A DNA stretch of 64,000 nt, from positions 2,056,812 through 2,120,811 of the forward strand of contig OZ241875.1 in NCBI GenBank assembly GCA_965203325.1. Direction: 5' to 3'. Position numbers and translations under genes: made by a program. Of the stretch, positions 1 through 9,593 are shown in pieces. The DNA comes from a bacterium (GTDB lineage Bacteria; UBA8248). The notes beneath the pieces are model-generated. The model worked only from the letters and a program-made list of their open reading frames with translations. It did not search any database and was not told the DNA's origin. The first letter of the stretch is position 1, and each line of letters opens with the position of its first letter.

Positions 1-2
1 TC

Positions 3-596
3 CGCGACGCCCTGTCGCTCGCGGAAGGGATCGGCGATGCCGACCGGCGTGCTCGTTTGTTCAGCAAAATCGCAGGCGCGCAGGCGAGAGCGGGGAACGT
101 CCGCGACGCCCTGTCGCTCGCGGAAGGGATCGGCGATGACCGTTGGCGTTCCGGCGCGCTCATCGATATCGCGGAGATGCAGACGAAATCGGGAAACGTC
201 CGCCACGCGGCGCAGACCCTCTCCAGGGCCCTGTCGATTGCGGAAAGAATCGGCGATGCCGACCGGCGTGCTCGTTTGTTCAGCGAAATCGCAGGTGCGC
301 AGGCGAGAACGGGAAACGTCCGCGACGCCCTGTCGCTCGCGGAAAGGATCGAAGATGACCACTGGCGTGCCGTCGTGCTCAGCGAAATCGCGGAGATGCA
401 GGCGAAATCGGGGAACGTCCGCGAGGCGACGCAAACCCTCTCCAGGGCACTGTCGATTGCGGAAAGGATCGGAGATGACTCCTCTCGCGCCGGCGTGCTC
501 ACCGCCATCGCAGAGATGCAGGCGAAAGCCGGGAGTATTGCCCAGACAAACCGTCCGGCCGTGGCCGGAAAGGAGAAGGCGGGCCAGCGGAAGTGA
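3..596 (+). CDS. helical tandem-repeat protein (TPR/HEAT-like), 5' end outside window
   Basis: Frame is open from the window edge to TGA at 594-596. Units of ~33 aa and ~40 aa alternate (GNVRDALSLAEGIGD.. / GNVR.A.QTLSRALSIAERIGD..). The nucleotide unit tccgcgacgccctgtcgctcgcgga recurs at 1, 100 and 319. Confidence 0.55.
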   Translation, partial: RDALSLAEGIGDADRRARLFSKIAGAQARAGNVRDALSLAEGIGDDRWRSGALIDIAEMQTKSGNVRHAAQTLSRALSIAERIGDADRRARLFSEIAGAQARTGNVRDALSLAERIEDDHWRAVVLSEIAEMQAKSGNVREATQTLSRALSIAERIGDDSSRAGVLTAIAEMQAKAGSIAQTNRPAVAGKEKAGQRK

Positions 597-919
597 TGGC
601 GGAAGAGAGTGGAGGCGGCATGCCGGAAAGAAGCCGGGAAACGGCCAAACCTTTCGATTCGCGCGGGTAGCGATCATGGTCCTCGTGGCGACGCAGGAGG
701 CAGGCACGAGGGCTAGGTTCGACACCCGCAACCTCTTTCCGCTCGGCCATTTTCATGCCTAACGCCGCGCATAGCGACCGAAAACGACCAGATGGTCATG
801 AACGAGGACGAACCGCCAAGGTTGGACTACCTGCGTTTCGACATCGAACCCGCTCCTTCCTCCGTCAGTTACGGCAACCTTCCGGCTCGTCGAGGAAGGC
901 CCGGCGAAGCATATCGTAA

Positions 920-3517
920 TTACTTCTTTCCGCCGTGGCGACGCAACAGCGCGGCTAATTTGTGCTTGTTAAGCCGTTCCGCTAAATATAGCGGCGTCCG
1001 ACTGTTCTCGTCCTTCGCATTCACGTCCGCGCCCCGATCAATCAGCAGTAGCGCAGCTTCGGTAGCGTTAGCGTTCGTTATCGCTGCAGCGTGCAGCGGC
1101 GTCAAGCCCCTCTCACTCTTCGCGTTGACATTGGCGCCGTGATCGATCAGCAGCCGCGCAACCTTCGCGGCGTTGAACGATGCCGCGCGGTGCAGCGGCG
1201 TCCACGCGATTATGTTCTTCGCGTTGACATTGGCGCCGCGAGCGATCAACAGTCGCGCAGCCCCGACGGAGCGGTGCTCCACCGCTGCGGTGTACAGCGG
1301 CGTATCACCGGCCTTGTTCTTCGCGTTGACGTCCGCGCCCCGGTCGATCAGCAGGGCCACCACGTTGCTGTAGTCGGAGAGATGCAGCGGCGTATCACCG
1401 TCCTTGTCCTTCACGTTGACGTCCGCGCCCTCGCTGATCAGCAGGGCCGCCGTGTCGCGGTTGTTTATCAACGCCGCATAATGCAGCGGTGTCCTGCCGT
1501 CCTTGTCCTCCACGTTGACGTCCGCGCCCCCGTTGATCAGCAGGGCCGCCGTGTCGCGGGCGTTTCTCAACGCCGCATTATGCAGCGGTGTCCAGCCGTC
1601 CTTGTACTCCACGTTGACGTCCGCGCCCCCGTTGATCAGCAGTCGCGCAACACCGACGGCGTTCTTCTTCGCTGCGGCGTGCAGCGGTGTCCAGCCGTCC
1701 TCGTCCTCCACGTTGACGTCCGCGCCCCCGTTGATCAGCAGTCGCGCAATCCCGACGGCGTTCTTCTTCGCTGCGGCGTGCAGCGGCGTAAACCCATACT
1801 TGTCTTGCGCCCGGATATCGGCTCCGAAGTCAATCAACAACTTCACCAGCTTGTGGTCATTGTTAAGCACAGCATTATGCAGGGGTGTTCGACCATTTTC
1901 TTTATCTATTACATTATTGACAAGAAGCTTTGCGGCGTTGCGGGCGTTTTTCCCTATCGCGTATACCAGTGGCATATTGCCCCGGCCACTTTTGGCCCAC
2001 ACGTCGGCGCCGCGGTCGATCAGCAACTGCACCATTTCATGCGCATCGTTCTCCGCCGCACCATGCAGCGGCGTCCAGCCGTACTTGTTCTTCGCGTTGA
2101 CATCGGCGCCGCGGTCGATCAGCAGGGCCGCCGCGTCTCGGGCGTTGTGAAACGCCGCAATATGCAGTGGTGTCGAGCCGTGCTTGTTCTTAGCGTTGAC
2201 GCCGGCACCGTGATCGATGAGCAGTCGCGCAACACCGACGGCGTTCTTACTAGCTACCTCGTGCAACGGCGTCCAAGCGTTCTTGTTCTTCGCTTTGACA
2301 TCGGCGCCGCGGCCGATCAGCAGTCGCGCAGCTTCGGCGGCATTCTTCTCCGCTACGTAGTACAGCGGCGTTTCTCTATCCTTGTCTCTCGCGTTGACAT
2401 CGGCGCCCCGCTCGATCAGCAGGGCCGCTGTGTCTCGGGCGTTGTGCGACGCCGCAATATGCAGTGGCGTCGAGCCGTTCTCGTTCTTCGCGTTGACGCC
2501 GGCGCCGCGATCGATGAGCAGTCGCGCAACCCCGGCAGCGTTCTTCCCCGCTGCGGCGTGCAACGGCGTCCAAGCGTTCTTGTTCTTCGCTTTGACATCG
2601 GCGCCGCGGCCGATCAGCAGTCGCGCAGCTTCGGCGGCATTCTTCTCCGCTACGTAGTGCAGCGGCGTCGAGGCGTTCTTGTCCTTCGCGTTGACGTCCG
2701 CGCCACGGTCGAGCAGCATTTGCGCAACCTTCGGGGCATTGAACCATGCCGCGTAGTGCAGCGGCGTCCAGTCGTCTTTCCCACCCTGTTTGTCCCTTTG
2801 GTTGGCATCGGCGCCATGGTCCATCAGGAGCCTCGCGACGGCGGGGGCATTTTGCCTCGCCGCGAGGTGCAGCGGCGTCTGGCCAATCCTCTTTGTTTTA
2901 GCGAACGTATCGTGTCCGAACGCCCGCAGGATTTTCTTCAATCTGTCGCTGAATGGCTCGTTGTCGCTCTTGAGGGCGGCGCCGGCGCGCATTCCGTCGG
3001 AGAGCAAGGCCGCGGCCAGCTCCGGCAGTTTCAGGAGCGCCGAATGGTGCAGGTCGGTCCAGCCGTTCTCGTCCACGGCAGCCGTGGAGAAATCGCGCCC
3101 CAGCAGACTGGAGAGCTTTCGCGCGGTGGGGGAGTACCCTTTCCCAGCCGGCGCGCGCTTGCGTTTCCTTCCCGTGGGCGCAGCCGAGCCGGATCGTTCT
3201 CCCGCCGCCAGCAGCGTCTTCGCCGTGTCGGCGTCCAGATAGCCCGTCGCCGCCTCCCCGCGCGAGGCCTGCCACTTGCGGATCGCCTCCCGCGTGGCCC
3301 GGCCGAACAGGCCGTCCGCAGGACCCGGCTTGAAGCCAGCCGCTGCGAGGCCCGTCTGGATCCGTCGCCGCTCCGAGCGGCTGAGCTCCAGTGACGCCTC
3401 CGCCGCCTCGAGGGTTCGCGTCCCGCCCGGCCGGACGCGCGTCTCCTGCGCCGCCCCGGCGAACGTCCAGAGCAAGACCATCGCTATCAGCAAAGCCGCG
3501 ATTCCGGAAATTCTCAT
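920..3517 (-). CDS. secreted ankyrin-repeat protein with N-terminal peptidoglycan-binding-like domain
   Basis: 865-aa ORF with an AAGGAGAG RBS upstream. Signal-like N-terminus MRISGIAALLIAMVLLWTFAGAAQ. PG_binding_1-like stretch GLFGRATREAIRKWQASRGEAATGYLD. Then roughly twenty 33-aa ANK units (TPLH.AA..NA..VARLLI..GADVNAK). Confidence 0.9.
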   Translation of the reverse strand: MRISGIAALLIAMVLLWTFAGAAQETRVRPGGTRTLEAAEASLELSRSERRRIQTGLAAAGFKPGPADGLFGRATREAIRKWQASRGEAATGYLDADTAKTLLAAGERSGSAAPTGRKRKRAPAGKGYSPTARKLSSLLGRDFSTAAVDENGWTDLHHSALLKLPELAAALLSDGMRAGAALKSDNEPFSDRLKKILRAFGHDTFAKTKRIGQTPLHLAARQNAPAVARLLMDHGADANQRDKQGGKDDWTPLHYAAWFNAPKVAQMLLDRGADVNAKDKNASTPLHYVAEKNAAEAARLLIGRGADVKAKNKNAWTPLHAAAGKNAAGVARLLIDRGAGVNAKNENGSTPLHIAASHNARDTAALLIERGADVNARDKDRETPLYYVAEKNAAEAARLLIGRGADVKAKNKNAWTPLHEVASKNAVGVARLLIDHGAGVNAKNKHGSTPLHIAAFHNARDAAALLIDRGADVNAKNKYGWTPLHGAAENDAHEMVQLLIDRGADVWAKSGRGNMPLVYAIGKNARNAAKLLVNNVIDKENGRTPLHNAVLNNDHKLVKLLIDFGADIRAQDKYGFTPLHAAAKKNAVGIARLLINGGADVNVEDEDGWTPLHAAAKKNAVGVARLLINGGADVNVEYKDGWTPLHNAALRNARDTAALLINGGADVNVEDKDGRTPLHYAALINNRDTAALLISEGADVNVKDKDGDTPLHLSDYSNVVALLIDRGADVNAKNKAGDTPLYTAAVEHRSVGAARLLIARGANVNAKNIIAWTPLHRAASFNAAKVARLLIDHGANVNAKSERGLTPLHAAAITNANATEAALLLIDRGADVNAKDENSRTPLYLAERLNKHKLAALLRRHGGKK

Positions 3518-3708
3518 GGGGCTCTCTCCTTATTAGAGTATTAGAGTGGGAGAGAAAGAATGTCGGCATTTTAAGGTGCGCGATCCGATCGGGTCAACTT
3601 CGCGGTGCCGGGCCTTCGGGCGGTGAATCCGCTCCGCCCCGCTTCACGAACGGAACGCCCTCGCTCAGGAAGCCCGAAACATCCCGAATGCTCGCGTGAT
3701 TCCGCTGA

Positions 3709-3850
3709 GGGGCGATCCTGCGGGCGAGCTCGGGAATCTTCAAAGTCCGCGCGGGTTTCCCGTCGGGAGCGGAAAACGAGCGCGCGGGGCGCATCGTCAA
3801 CCTGCGGGTGCCCGTCAACCACCACCGGACCGTACGCACGACGAACAACT
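3709..3850 (+). pseudogene. IS256-family transposase C-terminal fragment
   Basis: Frame-1 peptide ..RIVNLRVPVNHHRTVRTTNN parallels ..CIAHLRAPVNHRRAVRTTNLLERLF of the IS256 transposase at 5590-5660. Nucleotide similarity is visible. Stops lie on both sides. Confidence 0.5.
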
Positions 3851-4503
3851 GTTACAGAAAGTGCTGGTGTGCACGGCTCAGGGGTGTTGGGCGAGGCTCG
3901 CAAGTGCGTGATAGATGCTTCGAAATCACCGCAACAGCAAAGCTAAGATGCTGGGCAATTTCGACTCTTAATTCCTGGCAAGCCCCTCAACTGGCTCCCG
4001 GGCGGTGGCGCGAGAGGGGGCTTGACAGGCCGCCTCTCAGATTTCATTGTCCGCTTTCAGGAATACGAAGGTCGGCCCAGCTAGTCAGCGTGTTTCCGCG
4101 TGGTTAGAGACGCTGGGGGGTTTCCAGCAAGTGGGGAATCCTTGCAGTTTGCTGAAACTGTTGCAGATAGTTTGTTTTTGCGAACTTCGTTCGGGGTTTG
4201 CTTATCTGCAATAAGTAATCAAATCGGTAGCGAGGGAATTCTAACTCCTGTGTATCATGGATCATTCCTGTCGGACAGGCCTCCAATTCTGGCTCGCAAC
4301 TGCTTGCTTTTGGTCTTCCTCTGGAGCCTCGCAATCTGCATTCAGGAATCACTTTCTAGCGTTCCCCAAAACAGTACCATGCTGAACCATTGCCCATAAA
4401 TCTTCTGCGGTGATCTACTTTTCAGTAATCTAGAGGTACTAAATAACTAGTTGCAATAATGGTCCTTGCGTAGCATCTCTGTTGGTAGGTGAGGCAAGCT
4501 AAC

Positions 4504-5915
4504 GGTTAAGTCCTAAACTTGCTGGAAACTTTGGAGGGGTGCATCCTCGGCGGAGGAACCATGAACCCGTGCCGGTGAGCGCCGGCGTCCCACCGAGGAG
4601 GCAACCCCATGAAGAAGAGAATACAGGCATCGATGCATACCCGCCAATCCCTGTCCGACCTGATCGAAGGCCGTCTGTCGAGTCCCGATGCGCGAGCCGA
4701 CCTGGTGAAGCTCGCCACGCGGCTCATCGTGGAAGAGGCGCTGGAGGCGGAGAGCCGCGACGCCCTGGGCCGGGGATATTACGAACATGGCGCGAAGCCC
4801 GGCCAAGGTTAACGCAACGGCCACCGCCGGAGTCGTTTGAAGACGGCCGAAGGGTTCATCGAGTACGCGGCGCCTCAGATTGCCGGGCGCGAGGAAGGGT
4901 TCCGCTCGGAGATCCGTGAGGGTTTCAAGGGGCGCACCGAGGCGCTCGAGGGGCTGGCGGTGGAACTGTTGGCGCGCGGCCTGTCGGTGCGCGACATCGA
5001 GGACGTCTTCACCGACGAGAGCGGTCGCCTTCTGCTCTCGCGCACGGCGGTCTCCGAACTCGGGGAACGTTTCTGGGAAGACTACCAGGAGTTCGCGTCG
5101 CGGGACCTGGGCGAGCACGAGGTCGTCTATCTGTTCATCGACGGGATTGCGGAGCGGATTCGCCCGGGGAGCAGGCGCGAGCCGGTTCTGGCGGCCTGGG
5201 GATTCACGGTGAACGGCGCGAAGGTTCTGCTGCACCTGATGGCGGGTTCGAAGGAGGATACCGAGACGGTGAGCGCGTTCTTCCACGACATGCGCGCCCG
5301 CGGCCTGGGCGACCCTTTCCTGGTGGTCAGCGACGGAGCGCCCGGCATCATCAAGGCGATCGAAACCTGCTTCCCGCGCTCGGAGCGGCAGCGCTGCCTG
5401 GCGCACCGGATGAGGAACCTCGCGGCGAAGGCGCCCGAGGACCTGTGGCCGGAGTTCAAGGCGTGGGCAACGGCGGCCTACCAGGCCCCCTCGCGCGCCA
5501 TCGCCCGGGAACTGGCCGAGGGGCTCGCCAGGGACTACGAGTCCGAACTGCCCGGCGCCGTGGCGTGCTTCCGCGACGACTTCGAAGCCTGCATCGCGCA
5601 CCTGAGGGCGCCCGTCAACCACCGCCGGGCCGTGCGCACGACGAACCTGCTCGAGCGGTTGTTCGTCGAGGAACGGAGGCGGATGAAGATCATTCCCAAC
5701 GCCTTCGGGGAGAAGCCAGTGCTCAAGCTCATGTTCGCCGCCATGATCCGGGCTTCGGAGCGATGGCGGGCGCTCAGGGTCACCGGCTTCGAGCGCCGAC
5801 AGATGGACGCCCTCAGAAGGGAACTGGACCAGAACTACGAGGCGGAAAACGACATCAGGAAGCCCTCGGCCGATATGCGGCCGAAGAAATTATCCAGCAT
5901 CTACAGGACTTGACC
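4504..5915 (+). mobile_element. IS256-family insertion sequence (1412 bp)
   Basis: Terminal inverted repeats GGTTAAGTCCTAAACTTGCTGG (4504-4525) and CCAGCATCTACAGGACTTGACC (5894-5915) match at 17/22 positions and enclose a Mutator/IS256-type transposase frame. No clear target-site duplication. Confidence 0.85.
4609..5913 (+). pseudogene. IS256-family transposase with an in-frame TAA at 4810-4812
   Basis: ORFs 4609-4812 and 4837-5913 are in the same frame, and reading through gives ..GAKPGQG*RNGHRRSRLKTAEGFIEY... The stop sits where IS256 transposases have the G-Y-R-N-G motif, so it is probably a Tyr codon mutated to TAA. The RTTN..ERLF signature is present. Confidence 0.85.
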
Positions 5916-6538
5916 TAAAATATATCGCTCAAGAATGAATAGATCCCCAGCTTCTTTTTCTCAATTTCAAGAGGATTCTTGTGCTATGGCTGTAGCTAAG
6001 GGTATTGTTGAAGCGCTTTTGACCTAGTATTTTTCGAATTTGCACGGTTTACGTCTCCCGAAATTTATAGAAGCTATGCACGGCCCCCTTATTGCTGATA
6101 TCCAGTTTCCATCTTGCAATCGAACCGAAATACACCTCCGCTGCCAATGCACTTCGTTGCTGGTACAGTCCGAACGTGGGAACCACTGAATTTCTCGCCG
6201 TAGTCGAGACTAGGGACCCCAGGAAGCGCTCAGGCTCGGTCTTGGCCCGCTGGCGGGCCCGCTATTCTCCCCGGCGGGTATCCTGACTGCGTGGACGCAA
6301 TGTACGGCTTTGGGCTATGGCTCTTCGTGGAGCGAAAACAGCATATCTACAACAGGATCAGGCAGCATAACTTATTAGGACCTGAAACATAGGAACCATG
6401 GCCTCCGGGTTTCGCTCCGCTTCGCCCTTCATCCATGGTTCCAGAACTCTCATATCTAGTGATAAAATTATTGAGGGGAGATCGTGTGAGCAAAACCCGA
6501 TGATCGCAAGCGCCTATAGATAGTCCAAGGAATTAACC

Positions 6539-8650
6539 ATGTTCTGCGAAGATCAAGAGACGTTCAATGCCCTAAACGCCCTCGATTCGGCGATTCGGAG
6601 TCGCGGCGGTCCTCTAGTTGTCTGGCTGGGTGCTGGCACTAGTGCGTGGATGGGCTACCCATTGTGGCGCGAGCTCGCCGAACAGATGCACAGGCGGTTT
6701 ACAAGAGAGGTGAGCACCTACTCCAAGAACACTACCTCGGCTCTATTGGCGGCGGAAGCATACCCAAAGCTTTTTCAGGAGATGCGGACATGCGATTCAG
6801 AGCTCTATTTCTCTTGTCTCCTTGACGCTTTTTCGTATCGGCAACCAACCCCTGTTTATAGACGAATGCTGCATGCATTGGAGCAGGTCAAGCCGACGGG
6901 CATCGTGACCACCAACGTTGACGAATCCCTTGAGCATCACCTAATCGGACGGGAGACCGTTCAACGGTCCGACGCCGAACGTATGCGGCAACTCCTAGCC
7001 GAAGGCAGGGCGTTCATATGCAAGCTGCATGGTTCGATCAGCGCGGTCGAGACCATGGTGTTCTCCAAACAGGACTACGACGACATTCAAATTGACATCC
7101 CGTTCCTGAATTCTCTTCACTCGGTCCTCTCCAATTCAACGGTTCTGTTTCTAGGCTATGGTTTCCAAGACCAACACGTGATTTCCGCCCTTCAACACAG
7201 TTCGACAACCCATCCGCTATTTGGAACGGGTCCGCATTTCATCGTCACTCCAGAAGGCTCGTCCGAAATTCCTCTAGGTGTGAGACGTATCAGTTATGTC
7301 GCCGACCCGCCGGACCATCGAAGCGCATTGTTGACACTTGAAGCCGTTGCGGACATCAGGCCTCAGCCGGGTCCGACCACATCAACTCCGGGGGATACCG
7401 GGATTGAGGAACGCAACGGTGAGAGCATCTGCTTCATTGGAGAGTTACTACCTCCGGGTAAGTTCACCACGTCGCAAACGGTGACCGCGGAGAACAGTTC
7501 GGGAACGCGGGAACTTATCATCGGTGAAGGCTATGTAGATGGCGAAGTGGTTCTTCACGACTACTCGGCATTGCACGATATCGTCGTCGGTTTGGTCTGT
7601 TTCGATGTGATTTGCCTGTCGATCGGCCACTTGGGAAAGTTGCACAACCTGCTGGGTTCAGCTTGGTTTTGGGAGTTCGTCGAAGCCGGGGCGATACGGC
7701 TGGTCATCCCACCGCCAGAACCCGTCGTGGTCTTTCCGGAACCGGGCGCTCTGGTAGGCCATATAAAGGAAATCAAGTTGGGCTCTAGGGCTAGTTCCAC
7801 AGAGTCGTTCGAGGAGATGACGGTCGCCGAGAGAATTCGTCGGCATCTGACGCCCATACCGGGCAAAGAAGAAATAGCGGAAAGACAGATGGACATGCTT
7901 GAGTCGTCTTCAGTCGATCTGACGCATGCGCTAAAGACAAATCAAGTGTCGGACAGAACTCGCAGTGCCATGATGCATCCCTCCATTCGTCGACTCTTGG
8001 GCATTAGCGGGGGAACACCGCGAGGCGCCGTCCCACGATGGTTGGTCTTTCCCGTATTGCGCTTGGCTGGAGTAGTAGGCAAGGGAGTTATATGTCAACA
8101 AACCAACGCCAGCGCTACGCGGCTACTCTTGGGGTGTGAAAAGCTGGCGAGCGTAGCTTTCTCCGCTTCTGCCGGGACGGAGTGGGCCGACGACGCGGCA
8201 AGCTACGTCTTGACCGGTCGGTTTAATTCGGATCTGGGTGCTTTGATCGAGGAGCAGCCAGAACTGTTACGTGGAGTATTGCACTTTAGGGAATCGGCCA
8301 GTGGGAAGAGTTTTCGTCGCGAGGTAGCAGAGCGCCTTGCGACAAACGAGGGGGGGCAGGTAATTACGGCGGTGAATGCCGGACTGCGTCAAGCGCTATC
8401 GATGTCCGTGCTTGAACAAGCTCGGGATCAACTCTCAGGGCTGTTTATGACGCGAGCCTCTGGCCCGCGTCTTCGACCTGCCGTATGGGGCGACCTTCGT
8501 AACGGGGAAGAACGAGTGGCTAGCTGGCGAAAGCGAAGCCGAGTTCTGCTGGATGATCTATGCAAAGCCAATAACTTAAAACCCTATGAAATGTGCCCCT
8601 GTGGGTCAGGAGAAAAGGTCAAGTTCTGCTGTATTTTGGCACTTCGGTGA
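6539..8650 (+). CDS. SIR2-like (SIR2_2-type) domain protein with unknown central region and C-terminal SEC-C zinc motif
   Basis: 703-aa ORF with an AAGGA RBS 8 nt upstream. Motifs occur in order: VVWLGAGTSAWMGYPLW, GIVTTNVDESLEH, CKLHGSI, VFSKQDYDD, VLFLGYGFQDQHV. The C-terminus is YEMCPCGSGEKVKFCC. The gene is visibly AT-richer than its flanks. Confidence 0.85.
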   Translation: MFCEDQETFNALNALDSAIRSRGGPLVVWLGAGTSAWMGYPLWRELAEQMHRRFTREVSTYSKNTTSALLAAEAYPKLFQEMRTCDSELYFSCLLDAFSYRQPTPVYRRMLHALEQVKPTGIVTTNVDESLEHHLIGRETVQRSDAERMRQLLAEGRAFICKLHGSISAVETMVFSKQDYDDIQIDIPFLNSLHSVLSNSTVLFLGYGFQDQHVISALQHSSTTHPLFGTGPHFIVTPEGSSEIPLGVRRISYVADPPDHRSALLTLEAVADIRPQPGPTTSTPGDTGIEERNGESICFIGELLPPGKFTTSQTVTAENSSGTRELIIGEGYVDGEVVLHDYSALHDIVVGLVCFDVICLSIGHLGKLHNLLGSAWFWEFVEAGAIRLVIPPPEPVVVFPEPGALVGHIKEIKLGSRASSTESFEEMTVAERIRRHLTPIPGKEEIAERQMDMLESSSVDLTHALKTNQVSDRTRSAMMHPSIRRLLGISGGTPRGAVPRWLVFPVLRLAGVVGKGVICQQTNASATRLLLGCEKLASVAFSASAGTEWADDAASYVLTGRFNSDLGALIEEQPELLRGVLHFRESASGKSFRREVAERLATNEGGQVITAVNAGLRQALSMSVLEQARDQLSGLFMTRASGPRLRPAVWGDLRNGEERVASWRKRSRVLLDDLCKANNLKPYEMCPCGSGEKVKFCCILALR

Positions 8651-8794
8651 ACAAGCCACTTGATACAGCGACTATCAGATGCAGCTCCGCGTCCCACTAA
8701 TTCTGCATACAAGTGAGGTCGAAGCATTCCAGCGCCTGAAGTGCCAGTTTGTCTCCTCCCGAATAGTCTTCGGACAATTCCGACAGGAAGAACG

Positions 8795-8920
8795 GCTCAA
8801 TCTGCTCGACTAGCCTACGATGCCGATCAAGGACATTTAGGTGCTCACAATCAATTTCTCGCCACCTGGGAGGCGAAGTATCCCAGGGTCGTTGAGTGCT
8901 TAGCGGAGGACCGACTGCCC
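8795..8920 (+). pseudogene. short IS256-type transposase fragment
   Basis: Peptide ..NQFLATWEAKYPRVVECLAEDRL resembles the F...W..KYP.....L block of IS256 transposases. No downstream RTTN motif, so this is only a remnant. Confidence 0.35.
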
Positions 8921-9077
8921 GGCCTCCATCTAGTGGCTGACATGCTCGCCGATGTGAAGTTCATAGATGCGGTGGTTGAAGGAAAGATGGACAGGAAGGC
9001 CGATGGATTCACGACAGCCATCCAGCAAATTTGACAGTAACTCCACTCTATCTTGAGAAACCGTTGCTCTAATATGA

Positions 9078-9593
9078 CTAGAACAGACCTCCTCCGTACC
9101 CTCCACGTTGTAGTGGAAAGTAGATGCAGCCCTGCTCATCCAGACTACATCTTCTTGTATTTAGTCCTTCTTTCAATATGCATGTTTCAAACTTGTTTTT
9201 TACTGCCCTTCCTGGTTGTGGTAATTTTTTCCTTGAGCTATTCGCTGTGATCTCTGTTCCATACGCCATCGCATCTGTTTTGCATATCTTCGCCCTCAGG
9301 ATTTCTTCTTCTGCACATTCGTTGCTTTTGCATATAACCATCACGCCGTTCTGGAGTTGTTCCACTTTGTTATACATGATTGACAGTCCTATCAAGATTC
9401 CTATTAGGATGCCTAGTCCTTTTGTTGTCTCCCATATTCCTTTAGCTCTTTCTCGCCCTTTTTTACTCGTTAATCTCACATAGATTTCTCTCCACTTTAT
9501 TTCTCTTGCAAACCACCCCATAGCTATCAGTATAAGTCCAGCGACTATGTTTGCAGCTACTTGCCACCAGAACTCACGGCCCATTATCTTCAT
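9078..9593 (-). CDS. hypothetical membrane protein (two predicted TM helices)
   Basis: 171-aa ORF in AT-rich DNA. Hydrophobic stretches WWQVAANIVAGLILIAMGWF and GLGILIGILIGLSIM. No recognisable motif, and the 3' part is doubtful. Confidence 0.4.
   Translation of the reverse strand: MKIMGREFWWQVAANIVAGLILIAMGWFAREIKWREIYVRLTSKKGRERAKGIWETTKGLGILIGILIGLSIMYNKVEQLQNGVMVICKSNECAEEEILRAKICKTDAMAYGTEITANSSRKKLPQPGRAVKNKFETCILKEGLNTRRCSLDEQGCIYFPLQRGGYGGGLF

Noticed and set aside
703-759. tRNA-like stretch on the minus strand: a GGCATGA..TCGTGCC acceptor-like pairing, GGCCGAGCGG reminiscent of a Ser/Leu D-arm, and GGTTCGAC on the plus strand.
   Set aside because: It is only ~57 nt long. No proper T-arm or anticodon arm can be folded. 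At best it is a degraded fragment.
9124-9483. 119-aa plus-strand ORF opposite the 9078-9593 membrane ORF.
   Set aside because: It is an AT-rich hydrophobic mirror frame. The minus-strand frame has the better start context and TM pattern, and even that frame is only weakly supported.
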